From the human T2T-CHM13v2.0 reference genome, Homo sapiens, in the NCBI RefSeq assembly GCF_009914755.1, contig NC_060925.1: DNA of 64,000 bases; one strand, written 5' to 3'. The number at the start of each line of letters is the position of its first letter. Position 1 is the first letter of the stretch. Position numbers and translations under genes: made by a program. The notes below the pieces were generated by a model that made no database searches, was not told the DNA's origin, and worked only from the letters and a program-made list of their open reading frames with translations. Of this stretch, positions 1-13,422 are shown piece after piece.

Positions 1-156
1 GTGATGCGACTTGGGATGAGAGATGGGGCCTTGGGCTCTAAGAGTTGGGGGTCCTGGGGTCAGAGGTCTGTGCAGTAGTGAGCTCTGGATGGGTTGGTGG
101 GTGTTTCATCCAGGGTTCTCCAGAGGAACAGAACCAATAATTCCAACTGGTTATGA

Positions 157-514
<358 letters not shown>

Positions 515-977
515 TAGAGATTATTTTATATATAATAAAAATACATAAGAGATTATTTTATGTATAGACATATATAATATAAAATATAAATATATAGAGG
601 TACATAAAGAGACATATAAAGATATACGTAATCATATATGTAAAAATATTTATTATAAGTAATTGACTTATGTGATTATGGAGAGTAAGAATCCCCAAGA
701 TCTGCAGTCAGCAGGCTGGAGACCCAGGAGAGATGATGGTATAGTTCCAGTTTGAAAGCTGGAAGGCTCAGAAAAAACCAACCAAACAAAAACAAAGCAG
801 AGAAAGCTAGTGTTTTAGTTGGAGTCTGAAGGCAGGAAAAGACCCACGTCCCAGTTCTAGACAGTTGGGTAGGAGTTCCCTCTAACTTGAGGAAGAGGCA
901 GACTTTTTGTTTTCTTCAGGCCTTCAACTGATTAGATTCGGCCCACCACACTGGGGAGGGCAATCTGCTTTACTCAG

Positions 978-1813
978 CATGATGTTGTGAAATACAGATT
1001 TGCTCTTCATCCAGCTTCCTGGCACACACGTCTAAAACCCTTGGAATCTCTTAGGTGATAGGTGCCTCCTTGAATGCTAATGAGATGTCTTGTGGCTGGG
1101 GGTTCAGACACTGATAGCCTCAGGATGGAGGCTGGTTGCCACGGAACCAACCACATGATTGGAAGGTTGGCATTTTCAGTCCCATCTCCAACCTCCTGGG
1201 AATGGGAGAGGGGCTGAAGGTTGAGTTGATCACCAGTGGCCAATGATTTACTCAATCATGCCTAAGTAATGAAGTCTCTATAAAGGCTCAAAACGACAAG
1301 GTGTGGGGAGCTTGCAGACAGCTGAACATGTGAAGGATGGTGCACCTGGGAGGGCATGGAAGCTTTGCAGCCCTTCCCACATGCCTTGTCCTATGAATCT
1401 CTTCCATCTGCCTGTTCATCTCCTGTGTAATATACTTTATAATAGATCAGTAAACATAAGTAAGGTATTTGCCTGAATTCTGTGAGTTACTCTAGCAAAT
1501 TAAACCTGAGGAGGGGACTGTGGGAACCTTGATTTATGGCTTTTTGGTCAGAAGCACAGATGAAACGATCTGGGGCTTGCAATTGACATCTGGAGTTCAG
1601 GCAGTCTTGTAGGACTGAGCTTTTAACCTGTGGGATCTGACACTGTCTCCAGGTAGATGGTGTCAGAATTGAATTGAATAAGAGGACTCCACTGCAGAAA
1701 TGGTTGTGTGTGGGGATTTTTGATGCCAGAGGTGCAGTGTTCTGTGTTAAGAGTATTTTGTTAACTGTGTGTGAGAGTAGAAAACACAGTTTGGTTTTTT
1801 CCTATCTCAGACA
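978..1813 (+). mobile_element. MER21-family LTR inserted in MLT2
   Basis: CTTCCTGGCACACACGTCTAAAACCCTTGGAATCTC, GGTTGAGTTGATCACCAGTGGCCAATGATTT, TCCAGGTAGATGGTGTCAGAATTGAATT; CTCAG at 973-977 and 1814-1818 as a 5-bp TSD. Confidence 0.8.
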
Positions 1814-2383
1814 CTCAGTCTACCAGCTAAAATGTTAATCTCATTAAGAAAACACCTACCTTTCCACCCCCACACACCCAGAATAATGTTTGACCAAATA
1901 TCTGGGCACCCTATGGCTCAGTCAAGTTAACACATGAAATTAACCATCACAGTGGGTCACTCCAGGCTTTGAGCAATGAGAGTAAAAGTCCTTCCCAATT
2001 CAGCAGTCTCCAAAAGTTGGGCAGAGAAGAAAAGCCTGGCCCAGGAAGGATCCTAAAGCCAGTGACCACCACTGCCCACTGCATACCCCATCTCTGGCCC
2101 CCTGTGTTCAACCCCGACTTAGCCCTGGGGGCAGGTGCATTGGAAGATATAGGTGGTCAGTTCCTGCTCTCATGGTCTGGGAAGCTATGGAAGGAGAAGT
2201 CATCTGGGATCCCCCATTCTCTAAGGCTCCAGCTGTGAATCTGGGTAATATGCATGCCCCTTTATCCCAGCATTCACGTGCGTTTTTCCCTAGTCAGTTT
2301 TCTTTACCCTGGACTGGACAAGTTGAGGTTTTGAACAGCTATTCTGGGCTTAGAATGTGGCCCCATCAAGTGTCTGGGTCTCT

Positions 2384-2800
2384 ATGGTGGGTTAAAGATG
2401 GCCATGCATTCTTTGCCACTCCTTCCATAAGAGGTGGAATGTATTTTCTTTCTCTTTGAATTTAAGCTGGCCTCTGACAGCTTTTACCAATAACAAAAGT
2501 GATGCCGTGTAATTTCTATGGCCAAATCTTATGAGATCTGCGACTTCTACTTTTGTTGCTTGTAACACTTGCTCTTAGAAGGCAGCTGCCATGTAAGAAG
2601 GCTGACTATCCTACTGCCATATTGTGAGGAAGCCTAAGCTAGCCACATGGAATGAGAGAGACCATGTGGAACAACTTTGAGGCACTAGACAAATGAATGA
2701 GATCTCCTTGACCTTCCAGCCGAATCCACTTGTCAGCTGAATGCCGCCAGTAAATATCCCAGCTGAACTCACACACAGCAGAAACACCACTCTGCTACCA
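2384..2800 (+). mobile_element. MLT1 (G/H-like) MaLR LTR fragment
   Basis: GGTTAAAGATGGCC...CTTTGCCACTCCTTCCAT, GCTGCCATGTAAGAAG, TGTGAGGAAGCCTAAGCTAGCCACATGGA. Confidence 0.75.
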
Positions 2801-4314
2801 GATAACTTGGTGTATTGGGACTTCTGTGAGGCCAGCACTGGCAGTCCCAACTGGGACATGGCTATCATAGCCAAATGGTGATTCTCAGACCACTGCCAAC
2901 ATGCACTGTTGTTGCGGGCGTATTTTTCTCTCCCCTGGGGATATAATTAGGGTAACTTTTCTGGCTATATCCAAGCTGTGGCTATATCCACGTGTGGATG
3001 ACTTGGATCCACATGTGATGACCCATGCAGCCTGAGCCTAGCATAGGGTGCTTCACCAGACAAAGAGTCATCAAAAGTTTTCTTTTCTCACCACCTCCAT
3101 TTTGTGATCCTATTCCCATAGGAGATCATGAGGTTTTGTGTTAAAAGCGCTCTGCAATCCATGTACCTGAAGATTGTAGCTTTGCCTGATGGCTGGGTGG
3201 CTCCAAAATAGCAAATGCAAGTCACTGGCTGAGCTGTGGTCACAGCGTCTCAGAGTCCTCGCAGTCAAGCTCTTTGATCCACTTTGGAGTTTGCTGGGGC
3301 TTTGCGGGATTAATTTCTCTCTCTTCTGGGCTCCCACGGTGCTCTGTGGGAACATCTATTTCTGCTTATTTTATTCTCTGGTCTTCTCCCATCAACTTGT
3401 ATGTGCCCATCAACTTCCCTGGCCCAAAGCTGGGGGGAAGAGTGATGGCTGGCTCCCTTTAGTCATGGATTTTTAGCTGAGCTCTGGCACCTCGATGTTG
3501 GTAGGGACTCTTCCCTACCCTGAGCCTGATGGCGAAGGTTGCTATTTCACCAGGCCAGCTCACTGCCTTGAAATGTTTTAAAGCCAATCTCTCATTCTGT
3601 ATGGATTTCCCACCACAGCCTTGATTGGATCCTTGTTCGAATTTGGTTTGTCCTAGTTGATGACTTTAAGGGGCCATCAGCAGTGTCTCTGTGAGCAACA
3701 CTTGGTTTTGTCTCTCCCAAAGTCCCCAGCACACTCTGGGCCTATGCAAGGTGGCAAATGTGCCCTTGTGGGCAAGGTCGTTGCTGATGCTGATGGTGCC
3801 AAGGACTGTAAGCCCCTGGCCTATGGTTTCTAGAATCCATGTCCCTTTGGGAGAGCCAGAGTTGCATCTGCAGCCCCATATGAGAAGGCCACCACCCGTT
3901 CCAGGCTTGAGTCCTTTTGCTGCTGACACCAGCCATGCTTGAGCCTGCACGCACTCAGACCCGAGACTGCATTCATCTGGCTTGGGGAGAGGAGCTCATT
4001 TCCAGCTGCACTTTCTACCTGAGCTTCCATCTTTCCTCTCTCCTGGTCACGTTTGTTTGTTCAGCCCTGTGTAGATTGGGCAGTTAGGGCAGCTGTGAGT
4101 CAGACAGAAGCAGAGTGGCTTTCTCTGTGCTGTGGAGGACAAGCACGCTGGCCCCGGGCACGGCCCGCTGGGTCACCCAGCTTAGCCTGGTACGCCTTCC
4201 CAGCGAACTAACCTGCTGCTTATCTAGAGTTCCTGCTAAGAGGCCAGGAGATCCCAGTTCTCTAGTTTTTAAAAAGAAATCTGCCTTTCAACAGGCAATC
4301 AGCCAGTCTTCCTG

Positions 4315-4485
4315 AGTTTGAATTCTGTCTCTATCTCTCTCTACTGAGAGAGGTTGAGTGATTTCAGACAACCTCTCTGTGCCTCAGTTTCCTCCTCTAT
4401 ACAACTGGGAGAATAACAACACCCATTTCATAGGACAGGCAATGAGAACAGTGCCTGGCAGCTAAGTTCTCAATAAATGTTATTC
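4315..4485 (+). mobile_element. MIR SINE
   Basis: Core AACCTCTCTGTGCCTCAGTTTCCTC and 3' AACAGTGCCTGGCA...CTCAATAAATGTTA. Confidence 0.85.
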
Positions 4486-4559
4486 TCCCTGAAGGCCAGC
4501 TTCTAGATCTATGTCCATAATGGTCTGTTTTCTACCTGCTTTCTTCCCTTCTTCTCTTC

Positions 4560-4688
4560 TTTTTTTAAAATTTTTATTTTTTTTCACCATGTTGCCCAGG
4601 CTGGTCTCACACCCCTGGGCCCAAGAGATCCACCCGCCTCGGTCTCCCAAAGTGCTGGGATTATAGGCGTGAGCCATCGCACCTGGCC
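4560..4688 (-). mobile_element. FLAM / Alu left monomer
   Basis: T-rich tail then CACCATGTTGCCCAGGCTGGTCTC...CCCAAAGTGCTGGGATTATAGGCGTGAGCC; single monomer. Confidence 0.9.
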
Positions 4689-5334
4689 TCTTTTATCCCT
4701 TCTTTTCTTCCTCATACAACTATTTAATAATAATGATGATGATTCTGTACCTTCTCCTTGTTGCCAGATTGGGGATCTTGGAGCGAAGGGCACCAGGTCC
4801 CTGTCCTGTGTATTTACAGGGCAATTGCAGGCAGTGGGCTGTGGAGAAGTAAATGATGTGCCTAGGGCAGGTGGAGCACAGAGGCAGGTGGCTAAGGGCT
4901 GCAGACATTTATGGGAAGGCCTTCATTGTTTATGGGAAGCTCCATAGAGTGAGTAGATTTTGAGCTTGTCCTTAAGGGCTTCCTTAGGTTAAGGTGAGTA
5001 GGGAGGTGACAGGTGACTGTAGGCAGAAAGAACAGGAGGTGGGGAACTACGGCAGGTGTCAAGAGCAACTACATAGAATAGAAGACACCAAGCTAGTGGA
5101 CAGTTTGGGAGCGGGTCTGAAGGACCTTGAATACCACGTTAAAAATGTGGCTTTTACTCCCACTCTTTGGGGAGTCCTTGCAGGCTCTTGAGCAGACAGG
5201 GAACAGGGTCACAGTAGGGATCTGAGAAGGCGAATCTGGCATGTGGGAAGGATGGAGGTGGGCTGGAGGGGAGTTTGATCAAGGGCTTCCTGTGCTGGAA
5301 CAGAGGTCTAAGGGGTGGGCCCAGAGGAAGCTCC

Positions 5335-5734
5335 TGCTGTGGTTTGAATAGTTATCCCCTCCATACTCATGTTGAAATTTAATTCCCAGTGTAGCAGTAT
5401 TGAGAGATGGGACATTTAAGAGGTGATTGGGTCATGATGGTTCTGTTCTCATGAATGGATTAATCCATTCATGGATTAACAGATTAATGGATTATCATGA
5501 GAGTGGAACTGGTGGCTTTATAAGAAAAGGAAGAGAGATCTGGGCTAGCACCTCAGCCCCCTTGCCATGTGATACCCTGTGCTACCTTGGGACTCTACAT
5601 AGAGTCCCCACCAGCAAGAAGACCCTCACCAGATGTGAGGACCTTGGATTTCTCATAACTGAAATAAATAAATTCCTTTCTTTTATACATTTTGCAGTTT
5701 TAGGTATTCTAAGTAGCAGAAGACAAACTAAGGC
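5335..5734 (+). mobile_element. MST (C/D-like) MaLR solo LTR
   Basis: TGCTGTGGTTTGAAT...CTCATGTTGAAATTTAATTCCCAGTGT, ATGAATGGATTAATCCATTCATG, AGAAGACCCTCACCAGATG, ends AAACTAAGGCA. Confidence 0.85.
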
Positions 5735-6125
5735 ACTCACCCTTGCTGCTTCCAGGCCCACCGGGGGCTCCTGGCCTTCTGTCTGTGTGTGGGGGCTGGG
5801 TTGGAGTCATTCTACCAGTGGAAAGAAAACTGGATGGCAGGCCCTTGGGTGGGGCTGGGGGATTTGGGCCATGGTGCTGGCTGAGGGGCCACTGGGAGAG
5901 TGCCCTGTGGGCCAGGTCTCTGCAGGCTGATAAGGGACAATTCCTGCTTGGCTCAGAAGGAACACCTCCTTCTGACTTCTTGCTTTGGGGTGTGCAGATG
6001 TGCTGGGTTTTGATGGCACTTGTGTCCATTGTGCATGTCTGCATAACTGAGTGTGCACATGGATTAAGTTTTTGCTCCCATATGAGAGCAAAAACTTAAC
6101 CCATGAGCACACTGACAGGGTTTTT

Positions 6126-6348
6126 CTAATCTCTGTATCCCCAGTGCCAGACTTAAGGGTGTCTATATATGGTTTTTCAATGAAGAAATGAATATTGAAC
6201 TTACCTAAGCCTTATGCTAGCCCTTGGAGGTAGTTACTCTTGTTATCCTCATGCAGAGATAAGGAAACACGTTCAGAGAAGTTAAGCAACTTGCTCAAGG
6301 CCACAGAAATGGTAAGGTACTCAGCCGGTTTGCAAAGCCAGGCAGTCT
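6126..6348 (+). repeat. Local duplicate (copy 1) of 8292-8514; L2 3' end plus antisense MIR junction
   Basis: Manual ungapped alignment, about 22 mismatches over 223 bp. Confidence 0.93.
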
Positions 6349-6379
6349 GTATGAAAGTCTGTGTCAATATGTATAATAA

Positions 6380-6600
6380 TGGCAGCACACACTTATTATT
6401 ATGTGCCAGATACTGTTCTATGTTCTTCTATTACAGATTAACTCATTTAATCCTCACAACAACCCATGATGAGTAAATTGAGGTTCAGAGAGGAGAGTAA
6501 ACTAGCCCAAGGTCACACAGCAATGAGAAAAATGAGAAACAGAATTGAGATTTTAACCCAGGTTAGTCTGCCTTCAGAGGCTTCACTTTTCACTGGCAGA
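6380..6600 (-). mobile_element. MIR SINE
   Basis: TATGTGCCAGATACTGTTCTA, CTCATTTAATCCTCACAACAACCC, GAGTAAATTGAGGTTCAGAGAGG, GCCCAAGGTCACACAGC. Confidence 0.85.
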
Positions 6601-7455
6601 CTCCATTGTCCCACAGGTGTAAGCATGTTTGTGTGTGCACACATGTGTGTGCATATGTGCAGATCAAGGAGAGCAAATCCAGTGGGTGGAGGGACAGGAA
6701 ACTTTATGAAGGAACAGCATCCCCAGCCGCCGAGGGAACACTCCTAGTCCTACTCTCTGTCTAGGCATTGGGGAGGGGCAGACATTAGGAATGCCCCTCT
6801 CGCCCAACAAATATCTACAGTTGGGATGGGACTGCAGGTGGGGAGGAGACTGTGCCCAGATCACTTAGATGACCTTGGGCAAGGTCCTACAGCCTTGCCC
6901 CTGTTGGGCATGGGTGCCCTCCAAGTGGCTGGAGAATGCCAGCCTCCTTGGTCTTGGGGTCCCTCCCCCAGACCACTGCTCGCCCCTCCCCTTTCTTCCT
7001 GTATAGCCTCCCATTTCTCTTCTTCCTCCCGTTCTTTCTCCCCTGCCTCTAGTCCCCTAAGTAACGCAAAGGGAAACTGCCATCTGGAGTTCCATCTTGT
7101 CAGATGTCTGGTGTTGGCTGTGTCTGTCTCCCCCCTCAACACTGTTTGAATCCCACTGCAAATAGCTTTTAACGCCCAAAGAGAAATCTTTATTTTCCTC
7201 TCATCCCATAACAACTTACCTTAGGGGATTGAGATCAGAAGGAAGGACAGGATGGGGATGGGTAGAGGGTGGGAAGGACAGAGAATGATGGAGTTCATGG
7301 AAACATATTTTTATATTTTCCCAGATTTCTGTCTCTACCTCTATGGTATATGCAGATTCAGCACCTGCCCCTAACCATACCCCGCCTTGGCCATCATGAT
7401 GGTCATCATCATGATCATCACCACAATCACTGGTATCAATGAAAATAGTTATTGA

Positions 7456-7824
<369 letters not shown>

Positions 7825-7849
7825 GGTCACATGGTATTTAAAACACCAT

Positions 7850-8360
7850 GAAAAACCCTCCAGTGGCTCCCTATCTTGTCTGCAATGAACTCTGAAGTCC
7901 TTCTCATGGCCACAGGCACCTCTCTAGGTTAGTCTCCTGGCATGCCTCTTGCTCACTTTCCTCAGCAATATTTGGTCCTCAGACACTGTGGGCATGCTTC
8001 TGCCCCAGGGCCTTTGCACCCACCCTTCCTCCCATCTGGACGTTACTCCCCTGATAGCCACATGGTTCTCTCCTTTACTTCATTTAGATCTTTGCTCAAA
8101 TGTCACTTTACAGAGGTAAAGACTCTGGACAAAATATAAGCACTTCTCATCACTGTCTACCTCCCTTCTCCTGCTTCATTTTTCTTCAGAGCACTTATTA
8201 CCACCTGAAATACTGTGCTATTTGTTGTTGTTTATATGTTGCCTGTTTCCTTAAGAGAATTAAACTTCTTAAGGGCAGGGGTTTTGTTTTGCTAATCTCT
8301 GTATCCCCAGTGCCAGATATAAGGGTGTCTGTGTGTGGTTGTTCGATGAAGAAATGAATA
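7850..8360 (+). mobile_element. L2a 3' region
   Basis: AAACCCTCCAGTGGCTCCC, CCCCAGGGCCTTTGCAC, TCTTTGCTCAAATGTCAC, CTGTATCCCCAGTGCC...GAAATGAAT. Confidence 0.8.
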
Positions 8361-8514
8361 TTGAACTTATTTAAGCCTTATGCTAGTGCTTGAAGGTAGT
8401 TACCCTTGTTATCCCCGTGTAGAGATAAGGAAACACATGCAGAGAAGTTAAGCAACTTGCTCAAGGCCACAGAAATGGTAAGGGGCTCAGCTGGTTTGCA
8501 AAGCCAGGCAGCCT
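8292..8514 (+). repeat. Local duplicate (copy 2, probable donor) of 6126-6348
   Basis: About 90% identity to 6126-6348; L2 continues upstream and MIR downstream of this copy. Confidence 0.93.
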
Positions 8515-8961
8515 CACTCCAGATCTCTCATTTTTACCACTATTTTCTGTTTGCACCTGATCTTGGCGTGGGTTGACCTCATGCTATTCTCTATTGTGGT
8601 CAGGTCAGGGGCTGGCTGAGTGGCCTACAAAAGGCAGGACTTTCATGGACTTTGCTCCTGCACTGCCTTGCATGGCTTTTCACTCTTAGCCTTCCTGGAG
8701 TCCACATCGCTCTGGTGAGGATCCCAAGACAAGCACTGGAGGTGAGCTGCCTTGCAGGGAAGAGAGAAGGTGTCACCACCTCACTGCCCGATTCACTAGC
8801 CTGGTCCTCCCCTTGTCTTCATTACACTGAGACAAAACAATTCTTTCTTAAGAAAAGCCACACCAGAGTGGGTGACACTGGGGCCAGTACAGGTCACAAG
8901 AGGATTCAACTCAGGTTTATTTTGCCCAAGGAAGCCTTCCATGATGTTAACCTTTACCATT

Positions 8962-9381
8962 TGTAGCAGACATCACTGAGGTTTGTGTATATCAGGTTTG
9001 TCTTTCTTTCCTCCACGCCTGGAACCCCACACTATCCAGCCCCCGTGCAGTTAGACAGGGCCTCGAGATAGTCCCAACCAATGAAGTGAGTGGAGAGGAC
9101 GTGTCTCATTCCTGAGCAAGGCATTTAAGAAGCTGGGCGCTCACTCTTCCCACTCCGGGGCAATCTTGGAGGTCCCACGTTCCAGATGGCACAGCTATAA
9201 TGGCAGGGTAGCACTCTGTCAGTCCAGGTCCCCGAATTCCACTATGGGAAGCAGAGGCTCTCTTGCTGAACCCGGTCGAACCTGCACTGTGGGCCAGAAA
9301 GAAATCTTTGTTGTGTTATGCCACTGAGATTTTGGGGTAAATGTGTTCCTGCAGCTTGGCCCAGCCATTCCAGCTAATACA
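8962..9381 (+). mobile_element. MLT1J-like MaLR solo LTR
   Basis: TGTAGCAGACA start, CCAATGAAGTGAGTGGAGAG, TTGTTGTGTTATGCCACTGAGATTTTGGGG, ends CTAATACA. Confidence 0.75.
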
Positions 9382-9427
9382 CCACTTCTGATCTGTTTTT
9401 CATATCTTCAATATTAGTGGCCTGTGT

Positions 9428-10295
<868 letters not shown>

Positions 10296-10329
10296 GAGGA
10301 AAAATCACTGTGGATTGTGGACAGGTGAA

Positions 10330-10830
10330 CCTCTAAGTCATGATTTCCTTATCTGAGAAATGGGCGTATCATACCCACTTCATTGGGCAGTGGTGAGGAT
10401 TCAGTTAGATCATGTGGCATGAAGCACCTGGCACCTACTTGGCGCTCAAAACCCATAGCCTTTGTTATCAGTTATCGGTGAACTAAGGAACCCTTAGAGG
10501 CTAGTTGGTTCATTCGTTCATCCATCCATCTATCCATTCACGCAACAAGCATGTCCTGAAACCTACTGTGCACTTGGACATGTACTGAATAAATATAATA
10601 ATGGCAAGAAGACAGCAAATACTTGAATGGTACTTAGTGGTGCCAGGCACCATTACAAGCACTTCACACTGATTCATCTATGCAGTAACCCTATGAAGGG
10701 GTACCATTCTTAGCCCCATTTTATAGATTATGAAACTGAGGCACAGAGAGGCCAAGTAACCTGCCTGAAGTCACAGAGATAGTAGGAGGCAGAGTCAGGC
10801 AGTCTACACTCTCAACTGCTGGACTATACC
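10330..10830. mobile_element. Cluster of MIR (+), L2 tail (-) and MIR (-)
   Basis: TTTCCTTATCTGAGAAATGGG; CATTCGTTCATCCATCC...ACCTACTGTG; CCCCATTTTATAGATTATGAAACTGAGGCACAGAGAGG. Confidence 0.75.
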
Positions 10831-11270
10831 ATCCGAGGAAGATGGAGGTGGTGTCTGCCCCTCTATGGGGTCCCATCTTGCTCCCAAGCCAGGAGTAGCA
10901 GGGATAATGCAGGAGGGGCCCTGGCTGGGAGAGGTGCAGGTCTGAGATACTGGAGAGGTGATGAGCAGGTGATTAGGGGATTTCTATTAGTATGAAGCCC
11001 CTGCCTGAGCTGTGGATGCAGGTGGGACTGTGTTAGCGGAGGGAGCAGCCTCTGACCTTGCCTCTACCTGGCTCTCTGAACCCAGGCTTGGCTCACAGGA
11101 AACTCAGGCTCCAGGTGGGTGGGGGCACCAGCCCCTGGGAAAGCTGGGTGGGAGCCAGTAATGGCAGCATGGCCCATATGTACTGTGCACCCCATGGACC
11201 CAGTGCTGGGTAAACACCTTCATGCATTATGTCATTTAATCCTCATGGTGACTCTGTGAAGTAGGCGCTA

Positions 11271-11520
11271 TTTTATAGAACAGGAAACGGAGACTTGGGA
11301 AAGCAAAGCGCCTTTCTGAGAGCCTCACAGCTAGTAAACGGGAAGCCTAGATTCAACCGAGGGTCCTGGGCTAGGGTCTTAACCACTCTGCTAAACATCC
11401 CTTGGGGCCAGGGCTCCTCCATCTCCCATCTGCCCTCAGGGGGTTGTGGACACCGTGGGGAGCTGGAAGACTTCGTATTTCAGGGACACCTTTGGCAGCT
11501 ATTGCTGCCCTGACAGCTGT
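11271..11520 (+). repeat. Local duplicate (probable donor) of 13174-13422; part of an antisense MIR plus ~120 bp unique sequence
   Basis: Manual alignment, about 39 differences over 250 bp; the MIR extends upstream to ~11190 only in this copy. Confidence 0.93.
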
Positions 11521-12349
11521 CGTGGGTTGGCTGGCCCCAGCCATGAAACTCTGTCACATCAGGGCAGAAGCAGGAGAGGAGCTGGAGACCTCCAGGGCCA
11601 AATGGGGACCCACAATGGGAGTAAGCTAGTGGGAGGAGAGCCCCTCAGGAGTCCCAGGGAACAGGCTGGAAGGGAAAGAACGAAAGGATCACCTATGCTT
11701 TGGGCCATCCCTCGGGCTGTCCCCCGTGCTTGGCATTGCACTCAGATTTTCTCCTGCTGTCCTCACCACAATGCTGGGAGGATGGAATTATTACTCCCAT
11801 TTTACTGATGACAAACTGGAGGCTGTGAGTGGTGATGGTACTTGCCCAGGGTCCTCCAGTGAGCTGGGACTGGTACTTGAGTCCAGGTCTGGGTCCTTAT
11901 GATTCTAAAGCCAGGATACTTTTCTCTGCACCAGCTGTTTCTGCTGGGATCCCACTGACCCTGGAAGGCAAGTTCTCAAAGGAGGATCTACTGTTTCACC
12001 AGAAGGTGGAGCATGAGCTGAGGCTGGGGTGACGTGGAGGGACAGTGGTCCCTAAGCAGTGCCTGGGTGTCTGGGACTCTTCTGGGGCAGGAGAACATTT
12101 AATGGAACATTCTTAGACCATCCCCCGCTTTGGCCCCACAGTTTTGGCCCTTGCCCCAACTTGGCTCTCTGAGTAGTGGCCTGAGCCCTGGGGGATCACT
12201 CCAGCCCCAGCAGCGGTGGGGGCACTCTGTGCTCTCTTCTATGATCTATAGGTCTGTCTGACCTGTATGGTATGGGATTAATTCTGTTGTTAAAAAAATT
12301 CCTTGGCGCTGTATCTTCTCTTCTCTCAGCAGAGTCTCTGAAAATAATC

Positions 12350-12660
12350 ACCCATCCTCTCCATCACCCACTTCCTTCTTCTCATTCTCTCTTGAGCCCG
12401 CTCCAGTGAGACTTTGTCCCCCATCGGTCCACTGGGTTCCCAGTGGCCTCTAAGTTGCCAGTTCAGTCATCAGTTCTCAATTCTTGGTGGCATCTGAGAG
12501 CTGATTATCCTCTTCTCCTTGAAACACTCTCTTCACTCAGCCTCCAGGGATCCCTCTCCCCCTTGTCCTTTCACCTCCCTGGCTGCCCCTTCTCAGTCTC
12601 TGGGAGGTCCTCCTCCTCCCAACCTCTGACTGGTGGATGGCTCTGGGTTCAGTCCTCAGA
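12350..12660 (+). mobile_element. L2a fragment (5' part of the element that resumes at ~21693)
   Basis: CTTCTCCTTGAAACACTCTCTTCACT, CACCTCCCTGGCTGCCCCTTCTCAGTCTC, GGGTTCAGTCCTCAGA. Confidence 0.8.
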
Positions 12661-12864
12661 CTGTTATATTTTGGGGTCTATGTACATGTTTTCCTGGGTG
12701 CAGGGAGCTGGACCAAGTGAAAGCTCATCCTTATAGATACATTATTTACTACTGGCTCATTCCTCTCATTAAACAAACATGGAGTGTTTAATTCTGCCAT
12801 ATATATATATGCACAATATAATTCTGCCATATATATATGCACAATATAATCTGCCATATATATA

Positions 12865-13127
12865 TTCTAAAATGTATATGGAATATACATTATATATATA
12901 TTCTAAAATGTATATGGAATATACATCATATATATTCTAAAATGTATATGGAATATACATCATATATATTCTAAAATGTATATGGAATATACATCATATA
13001 TATTCTAAAATGTATATGGAATATACATCATATATATTCTAAAATGTATATGGAATATACATCATATATATTCTAAAATGTATATGGAATATACATCATA
13101 TATATTCTAAAATGTATATGGAATATA

Positions 13128-13129
<2 letters not shown>
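12865..13129. repeat. 34-bp AT-rich minisatellite, ~8 copies
   Basis: Unit TTCTAAAATGTATATGGAATATACATCATATATA starting at 12901, 12935, 12969 etc. Confidence 0.97.

Positions 13130-13130
<1 letters not shown>

Positions 13131-13169
<39 letters not shown>
13131..13169. repeat. (TA)n microsatellite
   Basis: Pure TA run. Confidence 0.98.
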
Positions 13170-13172
<3 letters not shown>

Positions 13173-13173
13173 A

Positions 13174-13422
13174 TTTTAGAGAACAGGAAATGGAGGCTCA
13201 GGGAGGCAAAGTGCTTACTGAGAGTCTCACAGCTAGTAAATGGGAAGCCTAGATTTAAACTGGGGTCCTGAGCTAGAGTCTTAACCACTCTGCTAAATGT
13301 CCCTTGGGGTTGGGGCTCCTCCATCTCTCATCTGCCCTCAGGGGATGCTGGAGACCCCGGGGAGCTGGAAGACTTCCTATTTCAGGGACTCTCTTGGCAG
13401 CTATCGTTGCCCCTGCAGCTGT
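13174..13422 (+). repeat. Local duplicate (derived copy) of 11271-11520, flanked by TA-rich repeats
   Basis: About 84% identity to 11271-11520; both ends abut TA-rich repeats. Confidence 0.93.
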
